This document shows positions 1 through 12,700 of a stretch of 64,000 nucleotides of DNA, piece after piece. The notes below the pieces were generated by a model. It saw only the letters and a program-made list of their open reading frames with translations. It was not told the origin of the DNA and searched no databases. The position numbers and the translations under genes are program-made. The stretch is from Eledone cirrhosa. Lineage: Eukaryota. The stretch lies in assembly GCA_964016885.1 (NCBI GenBank), contig OZ024741.1, positions 257,982,001-258,046,000 of the forward strand. Direction: 5' to 3'. Numbering within the stretch: position 1 is the stretch's first letter; each line of letters starts with the position of its first letter.

Positions 1-296
1 TCGACTTACGAGTGTTTCGACTTACGAGTGTTTTGACTTACGGTGTTTCGGCTTACGAGTGTTTCGACTTACGAGTGTTTTGACTTACTGGTGTTTTGAC
101 ATAAGAGTGTTTCGATACGAGTGTTTCGACTTACGAGTGTTCTGACTTACGAGTGTTCTGACTTACGAGTGTTCTGAGTTACGAGTGTTCTAACTTACGA
201 GTGTTCTGACTTACGAGTGTTCTGACTTACGAGTGTTCCGACTTACGAGTGTTTCGGCTCACCAGTGTTTCGGCTTACGAGTGTGTCGACTTACGA

Positions 297-365
297 AAAT
301 AACAAATAGACGCGGTTTCAAATCTCTATGCTTTTCAAATTCATTACATTAATCTTTATTTATAC
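297..365 (+). repeat. 69-bp AT-rich interspersed element (subtype c), exemplar of 42 copies
   Basis: Non-monomer sequence AAATAACAAATAGACGCGG...TTTATTTATAC, 17/69 GC, flanked by GACTTACGA and GTTTCGCTTTACG. Its ATG at 328 starts the recurrent MLFKFITLIF ORF. Confidence 0.97.
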
Positions 366-1160
366 GTTTCGCTTTACGAGTGTTTCGACTTACGAGTGTT
401 TCGACTTACGAGTGTTTCGGCTTACGATTGTTTTGACTTACGAGTGTTTTGACTTACATGTGTTTCGACTTACGCGTGTTTCGACTTACGAGTGTTTCGA
501 CTTGCGAGTGTTTCGACTACGGGTGTTTCGACTTACGAATGTTTTGACTTACGGATGTTTTGACTTACGGGTGTTTTGGCTTACGAGTGTTTCGACTTAC
601 GAGTGTTCTGACTTACGAGTGTTCTGACTTACGGGTGTTCTGACTTACGAGTGTTCCGACTTACGAGTGTTTCGGCTTAAGAGTGTTTCGGATTACGAGT
701 GCTTCGACTTACGAGTGTTTCGGCTTACGAGTGTTTCGACTTACGAGTGTTCTGACTACGAGTGTTCTGACTTACGGGTGTTCTGACTTACGAGTGTTCC
801 GACTTACGAGTGTTTCGACTTACGAGTGTTTCGGCTTTCGGGTGTTTAGACTTACGAGTGTTTCGGGTTACGAGTGTTTCGACTTACGAATGTTTTCGCT
901 TACGAGTGTTTCGGCTTCCGAGTGTTTCGACTTACGAGTGTTTCGACTTACGAGTGTTTTGACTTACGGTTTTTCGGCTTGCGAGTGTTTCGACATACGA
1001 GTGTTTTGACTTACGGGCGTTTCGACTTACGGGTGTTTCGACTTACGAGTGTTTCGACTTACGAGTGTTCTGACTTACGAGTGTTCTGACTTGCGAGTGT
1101 TCCGACTTACGAGTGTTTCGGCTTACGAGTGTTTCGACATACGAGTGTTTTGACTTACGA

Positions 1161-1229
1161 AAATAATAAATAGACGCGGTTTCAAATCTCTATGCTTTTC
1201 AAGTTCATTACATTAATCTTTATTTATAC
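1161..1229 (+). repeat. 69-bp element, subtype d
   Basis: Variants AATAATAAATAGA and TTCAAGTTC, followed by TTTACGAATG; 864 bp after subtype c. Confidence 0.96.
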
Positions 1230-1785
1230 GTTTCGCTTTACGAATGTTTCGACTTACGAGTGTTTCGGCTTACGAGTGTTTCGACTTACGAGTGTTCTGA
1301 CTACGAGTGTTCTGACTTACGGGTGCTCTGACTTATGAGTGTTTTGACTTACGAGTGTTTCTACTTACGAGTGTTTCGACTTACGGGTGTTTCGGCTTAC
1401 GAGTGTTTCGACTTACGAGTGTTTTGACTTACGAATGTTTTGCCTTACGGGTGTTCCGGTTTACGAGTGTTTCGACTCACGAGTATTCTGACTTACGAGT
1501 GTTCCGACTTACGGGCGTTTCGACTTACGAGTGTTTCGACTTACGAGTGTTCCGACTTACGAGGGTTTCGGCTTACGGGTGTTCCGACTTACGAGTATTT
1601 TCGGCTTACGAGTGTTTCGACTTACGAGTGTTTTGACTTACGGGTGTTTTGACATACGAGTGTTTCGATACGAGTGTTCTGACTTACGAGTGTTCTGACT
1701 TACGAGTGTTCTGACTTACGAGTGTTTCGACTTACGAGTGTTTCGGCTCACGAGTGTTTCGGCTTACGAGTGTTTCGACTTACGA

Positions 1786-1854
1786 AAATAATAGATAGAC
1801 GCGGTTTCAAATCTCTATGCTTTTCAAGTTCATTACATTAATCTTTATTTATAC
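1786..1854 (+). repeat. 69-bp element, subtype e
   Basis: Variants AATAATAGATAGA and TTCAAGTTC; 625 bp after subtype d. Confidence 0.96.
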
Positions 1855-4800
1855 GTTTCGCTTTACGAATGTTTCGACTTACGAGTGTTTCGGCTTACGA
1901 TTGTTTTGACTTACGAGATTTTTGACTTACGGGTCTTTCGACTTAGGAGTGTTTCGACTTACGAGTGTTTCGGCTTACAAGTGTTTCGTCTTACGAGTGT
2001 TTCGGCTTACGAGTGTTTTGACTTACGGGTGTTTTTGCTTACGAGTGTTTCGACTTACGAGTGTTTTGATTTACGGTGTTTCGGCTTACGAGTGTTTCGA
2101 CTTACGAGTGTTTTGACTTACGGGTGTTTTGACATACGAGTGTTTCGATACGAGTGTTCTGACTTACGAGTGTTCTGACTTGCGAGTGTTCCGACTTACG
2201 AGTGTTTCGGCTTACGAGTGTTTCGACATACGAGTTTTTTAACTTACGGGTGTTTCGACTTACGTGTGTTTCGACTTACGAGTGTTTCGGCTTACGAGTG
2301 TTTCGGCTTACGAGTGTTTCGGCTCACGAGTGTTTCGACTTACGAGTGTTTCGACTTACGAGTGTTTCGACTTAAGAGTGTTTCGACTTACGAGTGTTTC
2401 GACTTACGAGTGATTTTGCCATACGGGTGTTTCGGTTTACGAGTGTTTCGACTTACGAGTGTTTTGACTTACGAGTGTTCCGACCTACGAGCGTTTCGGC
2501 TTATGGGAGTTCCGACCTACGAGTGTTTCGACTTACGAGTGTTTTGACTTACGAGTGTTTCGGCTTACGAGTGTTTCGACTTACGAGTGTTTCGACTTAC
2601 GAGTGTTTTGACTTACGAGTGTTTTGACTTACGGTGTTTCGACTTCCGAGTGTTTTGACTTACGGGTGTTTTGACATACGAGTGTTTCGATACAAGTGTT
2701 CTGACTTCCGAGTGTTTTGACTTACGAGTGTTCTGACTTACGAGTGTTCTGACTTACGAGTGTTCTGAATTACGAGTGTTCAGATTTACGAGTGTTTCGG
2801 CTTATGAGTGTTTCGACTTACGAATGTTTTTGCTTACGGGCGTTTCGACTTACGAATGTTTTTGCTTACGAGTGTTTCGGCTTACGAGTGATTCGACTTA
2901 CGAGTGTTTTGACTTAAGGGTGTTTTGACTTACGGGTGTTGTGAATTACGAGTGTTCCGATTTACGAGTGTTTTGACTTACGGTGTTTCGGCTTACGAGT
3001 TATTCGACTTACGAATGTTTTGACTTACGGGTGTTTCGGCTTGCGAGTGTTTCGACATACGAGTGTTTCGGCTTATGAGTGTTTCGACTTACTAATGTTT
3101 TTACTTACGAGTGTTTCGGCGTACGAGTGTTTTGACTTACGAGTGTTTCGACTCACGAGTGTTTTGACTTACGAATGTTTTGACTTACTGGTGTTTCGGC
3201 TTACGAGTGTTTCGGCTTACGAGTGTTTCGACATACGAGTTTTTTAACTTACGGGTGTTTCGACTTACGAGTGTTTCGACTTACGAGTGTTTCGGCTTAC
3301 GAGTGTTTCGGCTGACGAGTGTTTCGGCTCACGAGTGTTTCGACTTACGAGTGTTTCGACTTACGAGTGTTTCGACTTAAGAGTGTTTCGACTTACGAGT
3401 GTTTCGACTTACGAGTGATTTTGCCATACGGGTGTTTCGGTTTACGAGTGTTTCGACTTACGAGTGTTCTGACTTACGAGTGTTCCGACTTACGAGTGTT
3501 TCGACTTACGAGTGTTTTGACTTACGAGTGTTCCGACCTACGAGCGTTTCGGCTTATGGGAGTTCCGACCTACGAGTGTTTCGACTTACGAATGTTTTGA
3601 CTTACGAGTGTTTCCGCTTACGAGTGTTTCGGCTTACGAGTGTTTCGACTTACTAATGTTTTTACTTACGAGTGTTTCGGTGTACGAGTGTTTCGACTTA
3701 AGGATGTTTCGACTTACGGGTGTTTCGGCTTACGAGTGTTTCGACTTACGAGTGTTTTGACTTACGAGTGTTCTGACTTACGAGTGTTCTGACTTATGAG
3801 TGTTCCGACTTACGAGTGTTCCGACTTACGAGTGTTTCGGCTTATGAGTGTTTCGACTTACGGGCGTTTCGACTTACGGGTGTTTCGACTTACGAGTGTT
3901 TTGACTTACGAGTGTTCTGACTTACGAGTGTTCTGACTTACGAGTGTTCCGACTTACGACTGTTTCGACTTACGAGTGTTTTGACTTACGAGTGTTCCGA
4001 CTTACGAGTGATTCGGCTTACGGGTGTTTCGACGTACGAGTATTTTTGGCTTACGAGTGTTTCGACTTACGAGTGTTTTGAATTACGATTGTTTCGGCTT
4101 ACGAGTGTTTCGACTTACGAGTATTTCGACTTACGAGTGTCTTGACTTATGGGTGTTTGACATACGAGTGTTTCGATACGAATGCTCTGACTTACGAGTG
4201 TTCTGACTTACCAGTGTTCTGACTTACGAGTGTTCTGACTTACGGGTGTTCTGACTTACGTGTGTTCCGACTTACGAGTGTTTCGGCTATGGGTGTTTCG
4301 ACTTACGAGTGTTTCGACTTACGAATGTTTTGGCTTTCGAGTGTTTCGGCTTACGAGTGTATCGACTTACGAATGTTTTGGCTTACGAGTGTTTCGGCTT
4401 ACGGGTGTTTCGACTTACGAGTGTTTCGACTTACGAATGTTTTGACTTACGGTGTTTCGGCTTACGAGTTATTCGACATACGAGTGTTTCGACTTACGGG
4501 TGTTTCGACTTACGGGTGTTTCGACTTATGAGTGTTTCGACTTACGAGTGTTCTGACTTACGAGTGTGCTGACTTACGAGTGTTCCGACTTACGAGTGTT
4601 TAGGTTTACGAGTGTTTGGACACATGAGTGTTTTGACTTACGGGTGTTTCGACTTACGGGTGTTTCGACTTACGAGTGTTTCGGCTTACGAGTGTTTCGA
4701 CTTACTAATGTTTTTACTTACGAGTGTTTCGGTGTACGAGTGTTTCGACTTAAGGATGTTTCGATTTACGAGTGTTTCGACTTACGAGTGTTTCGGCTTA

Positions 4801-5210
4801 CGTGAGTTTCGACTTAAGAGTGTTCTGATTTACGAGTGTTCTGACTTGCGGGTGTTCTGATTTACGAGTGTTCCGACTTACGAGTGTTTCGGCTTATGAG
4901 TGTTTCGACTTACGAGTGTTTCGGCTTACGAGTGTTTCACCTTATGGGTGTTTCGACTTACGAGTGTTTTTACTTATGGTGTTTCGGCTTCCGAGTGTTT
5001 CGACATACGAGTGTTTTGACTTACGGGTGTTTCGGCTTACGAGTGTTTCGACTTACGAGTGTTTCGGCTTACGAGTGTTTCGACTTACTAATGTTTTTAC
5101 TTACGAGTGTTTCGGCGTACGAGAGTTTTGACTTACGAGTGTTTCGACTTACGAGTGTTTCGACTTACGAGTATTTTGACTTACGAATGTTTTGACTTAC
5201 GGGTGTTTCG

Positions 5211-8200
5211 GCTTTCGGGTGTTTAGACTTACGAGTGTTTCGGGTTACGAGTGTTTCGACTTACGAATGTTTTCGCTTACGAGTGTTTCGGCTTCCGAGT
5301 GTTTCGACTTACGAGTGTTTCGACTTACGAGTGTTTTGACTTACGGTTTTTCGGCTTGCGAGTGTTTCGACATACGAGTGTTTTGACTTACGGGCGTTTC
5401 GACTTACGAGTGTTTCGACTTACGAGTGTTTTGACTTACGGTTTTTCGGCTTGCGAGTGTTTCGACATAAGAGTGTTTTGACTTACGGGCGTTTCGACTT
5501 ACGGGTGTTTCGACTTCGTAGTGTTTCGACTTACGAGTGTTCTGACTTACGAGTGTTCTGACTTGCGAGTGTTCCGACTTACGAGTGTTTCGGCTTACGA
5601 GTGTTTCGACATACGAGTGTTTTGACTTACGAAAATAATAAAAAGACGCGGTTTCAAATCTCTATGCTTTTCAAGTTCATTACATTAATCTTTATTTATA
5701 CGTTTCGCTTTACGAATGTTTCGACTTACGAGTGTTTCGGCTTACGAGTGTTTCGACTTACGAGTGTTCTGACTACGAGTGTTCTGACTTACGGGTGCTC
5801 TGACTTATGAGTGTTTTGACTTACGAGTGTTTCTACTTACGAGTGTTTCGACTTACGGGTGTTTCGGCTTACGAGTGTTTCGACTTACGAGTGTTTTGAC
5901 TTACGAATGTTTTGCCTTACGGGTGTTCCGGTTTACGAGTGTTTCGACTCACGAGTATTCTGACTTACGAGTGTTCCGACTTACGGGCGTTTCGACTTAC
6001 GAGTGTTTCGACTTACGAGTGTTCCGACTTACGAGGGTTTCGGCTTACGGGTGTTCCGACTTACGAGTATTTTCGGCTTACGAGTGTTTCGACTTACGAG
6101 TGTTTTGACTTACGGGTGTTTTGACATACGAGTGTTTCGATACGAGTGTTCTGACTTACGAGTGTTCTGACTTACGAGTGTTCTGACTTACGAGTGTTCC
6201 GACTTACGAGTGTTTCGGCTCACGAGTGTTTCGGCTTACGAGTGTTTCGACTTACGAAAATAATAGATAGACGCGGTTTCAAATCTCTATGCTTTTCAAG
6301 TTCATTACATTAATCTTTATTTATACGTTTCGCTTTACGAATGTTTCGACTTACGAGTGTTTCGGCTTACGATTGTTTTGACTTACGAGATTTTTTACTT
6401 ACGGGTCTTTCGACTTAGGAGTGTTTCGACTTACGAGTGTTTCGGCTTACAAGTGTTTCGTCTTACGAGTGTTTCGGCTTACGAGTGTTTCGACTTACCA
6501 GTGTTCTGACTACGAGTGTTCTGACTTACGGGTGTTCTGACTTACGAGTGTTCCGACTTACGAGTGTTTCGGCTTATGAATGTTTCGACTTACGAGTGTT
6601 TCGGCTTACGAGTGTTTCGACTTACGAGTGTTTCGGCTTACGATTGTTTCGACTTACGAATGTTTTTGCTTACGAGTGTTTCGACTTACGAGTGTTTTGA
6701 TTTACGGTGTTTCGGCTTACGAGTGTTTCGACTTACGAGTGTTTTGACTTACGGGTGTTTTGACATACGAGTGTTTCGATACGAGTGTTCTGACTTACGA
6801 GTGTTCTGACTTGCGAGTGTTCCGACTTACGAGTGTTTCGGCTTACGAGTGTTTCGACATACGAGTTTTTTAACTTACGGGTGTTTCGACTTACGTGTGT
6901 TTCGACTTACGAGTGTTTCGGCTTACGAGTGTTTCGGCTTACGAGTGTTTCGGCTCACGAGTGTTTCGACTTACGAGTGTTTCGACTTACGAGTGTTTCG
7001 ACTTAAGAGTGTTTCGACTTACGAGTGTTTCGACTTACGAGTGATTTTGCCATACGGGTGTTTCGGTTTACGAGTGTTTCGACTTACGAGTGTTCTGACT
7101 TACGAGTGTTCCGACTTACAAGTGTTTCGACTTACGAGTGTTTTGACTTACGAGTGTTCCGACCTACGAGCGTTTCGGCTTATGGGAGTTCCGACCTACG
7201 AGTGTTTCGACTTACGAGTGTTTTGACTTACGAGTGTTTCGGCTTACGAGTGTTTCGACTTACGAGTGTTTCGACTTACGAGTGTTTTGACTTACGAGTG
7301 TTTTGACTTACGGTGTTTCGACTTCCGAGTGTTTTGACTTACGGGTGTTTTGACATACGAGTGTTTCGATACAAGTGTTCTGACTTCCGAGTGTTTTGAC
7401 TTACGAGTGTTCTGACTTACGAGTGTTCTGACTTACGAGTGTTCTGACTTACGAGTGTTCCGATTTACGAGTGTTTCGGCTTATGAGTGTTTCGACTTAC
7501 GAATGTTTTTGCTTACGGGCGTTTCGACTTACGAATGTTTTTGCTTACGAGTGTTTCGGCTTACGAGTGATTCGACTTACGAGTGTTTTGACTTAAGGGT
7601 GTTTTGACTTACGGGTGTTGTGAATTACGAGTGTTCCGATTTACGAGTGTTTTGACTTACGGTGTTTCGGCTTACGAGTTATTCGACTTACGAATGTTTT
7701 GACTTACGGGTGTTTCTGCTTGCGAGTGTTTCGACTTACGAGTGTTTCGGCTTATGAGTGTTTCGACTTACTAATGTTTTTACTTACGAGTGTTTCGGCG
7801 TACGAGTGTTTTAACTTACGAGTGTTTCGACTTACGAGTGTTTTGACTTACGAATGTTTGACTTACGGGTGTTTCGGCTTACGAGTGTTTCGACTTACGA
7901 GTGTTTCGGCTGGCGAGTGTTTCGACTTACGAGTGTTTTGACTTAAGGGTGTTTCGACTTACGAGTGTTTCGACTTACGAGTGTTTCGACTTACGAGTGT
8001 TTCGGCTTACGGGTGTTTCGACGTACGAGTATTTTTGGCTTACGAGTGTTTCGAGTTACGTGTGTTTTGAATTACGATTGTTTCGGCTTACGAGTGTTTC
8101 GACTTACGAGTATTTCGACTTACGAGTGTTTTGACTTATGGGTGTTTGACATACGAGTGTTTCGATACGAATGCTCTGACTTACGAGTGTTCTGACTTAC

Positions 8201-9797
8201 CAGTGTTCTGACTTACGAGTGTTCTGACTTACGGGTGTTCTGACTTACGTGTGTTCCGACTTACGAGTGTTTCGGCTATGGGTGTTTCGACTTACGAGTG
8301 TTTCGACTTACGAATGTTTTGGCTTACGAGTGTTTCGGCTTACGAGTGTATCGACTTACGAATGTTTTGGCTTACGAGTGTTTCGGCTTACGGGTGTTTC
8401 GACTTACGAGTGTTTCGACTTACGAGTGTTTTGACTTACGGTGTTTCGGCTTATGAGTTATTCGACATACGAGTGTTTCGACTTACGGGTGTTTCGACTT
8501 ACGGGTGTTTCGACTTATGAGTGTTTCGACTTACGAGTGTTCTGACTTACGAGTGTGCTGACTTACGAGTGTTCCGACTTACGAGTGTTTAGGTTTACGA
8601 GTGTTTCGACACATGAGTGTTTTGACTTACGGGTGTTTCGACTTACGGGTGTTTCGACTTACGAGTGTTTCGGCTTACGAGTGTTTCGACTTACTAATGT
8701 TTTTACTTACGAGTGTTTCGGTGTACGAGTGTTTCGACTTAAGGATGTTTCGATTTACGAGTGTTTCGACTTACGAGTGTTTCGGCTTACGTGAGTTTCG
8801 ACTTAAGAGTGTTCTGATTTACGAGTGTTCTGACTTGCGGGTGTTCTGATTTACGAGTGTTCCGATTTACGAGTGTTTCGGCTTATGAGTGTTTCGACTT
8901 ACGAGTGTTTCGGCTTACGAGTGTTTCACCTTATGGCTGTTTCGACTTACGAGTGTTTTTACTTATGGTGTTTCGGCTTCCGAGTGTTTCGACATACGAG
9001 TGTTTTGACTTACGGGTGTTTCGGCTTACGAGTGTTTCGACTTACGAGTGTTTCGGCTTACGAGTGTTTCGACTTACTAATGTTTTTACTTACGAGTGTT
9101 TCGGCGTACGAGAGTTTTGACTTACGAGTGTTTCGACTTACGAGTGTTTCGACTTACGAGTATTTTGACTTACGAATGTTTTGACTTACGGGTGTTTCGG
9201 CTTACGAGTGTTTCGACTTACGAGTCTTTCGGCTTACGAGTGTTTCGACTTACTAATGTTTTTACTTACGAGTGTTTCGGCGTACGAGTGTTTCGACTTA
9301 CGAGTGTTTCGACTTACGGGTGTTTTGACTTACGGGTGTTTCGGCTTACGAGTGTTTTGACTTAAGGGTGTTTCGACTTACGAGTATTTTGGGCTTACGA
9401 GTGTTTCGACTTACGAGTGTTTTGACTTACGAGTGTTCTGATTTACGGATGTTTCGACATACGAGTGTTCAGACTTACGAGTGTTCCGACTTACGAGTGT
9501 TTCGGCTTACGAGTGTTTCGGCTCACGAGTGTTTCGACTTACGAGTATTTCGACTTACGAGTGTTTTGACTTACGGTGTTTCGGCTTACGAGTGTTTCGA
9601 CTTACGAGTGTTTTGACTTACTGGTGTTATGACATACGAGTGTTTCGATACGAGTGTTTCGACTTACGAGTGTTCTGACTTACGAGTGTTCTAACTTACG
9701 AGTGTTCTGACTTACGAGTGTTCTGACTTACGAGTGTTCCGACTTACGAGTGTTTCGGCTCACGAGTGTTTCGGCTTACGAGTGTTTCGACTTACGA
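5211..9797 (+). repeat. Partial HOR copy (elements d 5633-5701, e 6258-6326), variant haplotype
   Basis: d and e recur 4472 bp after the first pair. It contains a ~95-bp local duplication of the GGTTTTTCGGCTTGCG block (~5345, ~5440), carries the GGCTGGCGAG variant (~7908) and lacks the second GCCATACGG/TATGGGAGTT block. Confidence 0.85.
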
Positions 9798-12700
9798 AAA
9801 TAACAAATAGACGCGGTTTCAAATCTCTATGCTTTTCAAATTCATTACATTAATCTTTATTTGTACGTTTCGCTTTACGAGTGTTTTGACTTACGAGTGT
9901 TTCGACTTACGAGTGTTTCGGCTTACGAGTGTTTTGACTTACGAGTGTTTTGACTTACATGTGTTTCGACTTACGCGTGTTTCGACTTACGAGTGTTTCG
10001 ACTTGCGAGTGTTTCGACTACGGGTGTTTCGACTTACGAATGTTTTGACTTACGGATGTTTTGACTTACGGGTGTTTCGGCTTACGAGTGTTTCGACTTA
10101 CGAGTGTTTCGACTTACGAGTGTTTTGACTTACGGGTGTTTTGACTTACGGTGTTTCGACTTACGAGTGTTTCGACTTACGAGTGTTTCGACTTACGGGT
10201 GTTTTGACATACGAGTGTTTCGATACGAGTGTTCTGACTTACGAGTGTTCTGACTTACGAGTGTTCTGACTTACGAGTGTTCTGACTTACGAGTGTTCTG
10301 ACATACGTGTGTTCTGACTTACGAGTGTTCCGATTTACGAGTGTTTCGGCTTATGAGTGTTTCAACTCACGTATGTTTTTGCTTACGGGTGTTTCGACTT
10401 ACGAATGTTTTTGCTTACGAGTGTTTCGACTTACGAAAATAACAAATAGACGCGGTTTCAAATCTCTATGCTTTTCAAATTCATTACATTAATCTTTATT
10501 TACACGTTTCGCTTTACGAGTGTTTCGACTTACGAGTGCTTCGACTTACGAGTGTTTCGACTTACGAGTGTTTCGACTTTCGAGTGTTTCGACTTACGAG
10601 TGTTTCGACTTACGAGTGTTTTGACTTACGAGTGTTCTGACTTACGAGTGTTCTGACTTACGAGTGTTTCGACTTACGAGTGTTCTGACTTACGAGTGTT
10701 CCGACTTACGAGTGTTTCGACTTACGAGTGTTTCGACTTACGAGTGTTTCGACTTACGAGTGTTTCGGCTTACGAGTGTTTTGACTTACGAGTGTTCTGA
10801 CTACGAGTGTTCTGACTTACGAGTGTTTCGGCTTATGAGTGTTTCGACTCACGAGTGTTTCGGCTTATGAGTGTTTCGACTTACGAGTGTTTCGGCTTAC
10901 GAGTGTTTCGACTTACGAGTGTTTAGACTTACGAGTGTTTCGACTTACGGGTGTTTCGACTTACGAGTGTTTCGACTACGAGTGTTTCGACTTACGAGTG
11001 TTTCGGCTTACGAGTGTTTCGACATACGGGTGTTTCGACTTACGGTGTTTCGGCTTACGAGTGTTTCGACTTACGAGTGTTCTGACTTACGAGTGTTCTG
11101 ACTTATGAGTGTTCTGACTTACGAGTGTTCTGACTTACGAGTGTTCCGACTTACGAGTGTTTCGGCTTACGAGTGTTTCGGCTTACGAGTGTTTCGACTT
11201 ACGAATGTTTCGACTTACGAGTGTTTCGACTTACGAGTGTTTAGGTTTACGAGTGTTTCGACACATGAGTGTTTTGACTTACGGGTGTTTCGACTTACGG
11301 GTGTTTCGACTTATGAGTGTTTCGACTTACGAGTGTTCTGACTTACGAGTGTGCTGACTTACGAGTGTTCCGACTTACGAGTGTTTAGGTTTACGAGTGT
11401 TTCGACACATGAGTGTTTTGACTTACGGGTGTTTCGACTTACGGGTGTTTCGACTTACGAGTGTTTCGGCTTACGAGTGTTTCGACTTACTAATGTTTTT
11501 AATTACGAGTGTTTCGGTGTACGAGTGATTCGACTTAAGGATGTTTCGATTTACGAGTGTTTCGACTTACGAGTGTTTCGGCTTACGTGAGTTTCGACTT
11601 AAGAGTGTTCTGATTTACGAGTGTTCTGACTTGCGGGTGTTCTGATTTACGAGTGTTCCGACTTACGAGTGTTTCGGCTTATGAGTGTTTCGACTTACGA
11701 GTGTTTCGGCTTACGAGTGTTTCACCTTATGGCTGTTTCGACTTACGAGTGTTTTTACTTATGGTGTTTCGGCTTCCGAGTGTTTCGACATACGAGTGTT
11801 TTGACTTACGGGTGTTTCGGCTTACGAGTGTTTCGACTTACGAGTGTTTCGGCTTACGAGTGTTTCGACTTACTAATGTTTTTACTTACGAGTGTTTCGG
11901 CGTACGAGAGTTTTGACTTACGAGTGTTTCGACTTACGAGTGTTTCGACTTACGAGTATTTTGACTTACGAATGTTTTGACTTACGGGTGTTTCGGCTTA
12001 CGAGTGTTTCGACTTACGAGTCTTTCGGCTTACGAGTGTTTCGACTTACTAATGTTTTTACTTACGAGTGTTTCGGCGTACGAGTGTTTCGACTTACGAG
12101 TGTTTCGACTTACGGGTGTTTTGACTTACGGGTGTTTCGGCTTACGAGTGTTTTGACTTAAGGGTGTTTCGACTTACGAGTATTTTGGGCTTACGAGTGT
12201 TTCGACTTACGAGTGTTTTGACTTACGAGTGTTCTGATTTACGGATGTTTCGACATACGAGTGTTCAGACTTACGAGTGTTCCGACTTACGAGTGTTTCG
12301 GCTTACGAGTGTTTCGGCTCACGAGTGTTTCGACTTACGAGTATTTCGACTTACGAGTGTTTTGACTTACGGTGTTTCGGCTTACGAGTGTTTCGACTTA
12401 CGAGTGTTTTGACTTACTGGTGTTATGACATACGAGTGTTTCGATACGAGTGTTTCGACTTACGAGTGTTCTGACTTACGAGTGTTCTAACTTACGAGTG
12501 TTCTGACTTACGAGTGTTCTGACTTACGAGTGTTCCGACTTACGAGTGTTTCGGCTCACGAGTGTTTCGGCTTGCGAGTGTTTCGACTTACGAAAATAAC
12601 AAATAGACGCGTTTTCAAATCTCTATGCTTTTCAAATTCATTACATTAATCTTTATTTATACGTTTCGCTTTACGAGTATTTTGACTTACGAGTGTTTCG

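Larger units (their letters stand above)
1..5210 (+). repeat. Partial 7.3-kb HOR copy (elements c, d, e plus long monomer tract), ending at a deletion junction
   Basis: Colinear with ~21.8-27.1 kb, sharing private variants GTGTGTCGAC (281 and ~22094) and GACTTACGACTG (~3951 and ~25874). At ~5211 the sequence jumps to the GGCTTTCGGGTGTTTAGA landmark first seen at ~833. Confidence 0.88.

Noticed and set aside
355-370. Yeast ARS-consensus-like ATTTATACGTT, poly(A) signal and ACGCG (MCB-like) motifs in the element as regulatory features
   Set aside because: These are short or imperfect matches expected in AT-rich DNA and the host is unknown, so they are not called as features.
328-627. MLFKFITLIFIYTF ORF that looks like a signal-peptide-bearing small protein, repeated at each element
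   Set aside because: The hydrophobicity follows from T-rich sequence, downstream length varies between subtypes and the remainder is satellite translation. Nothing supports expression; only Ribo-seq or proteomics could revive it.
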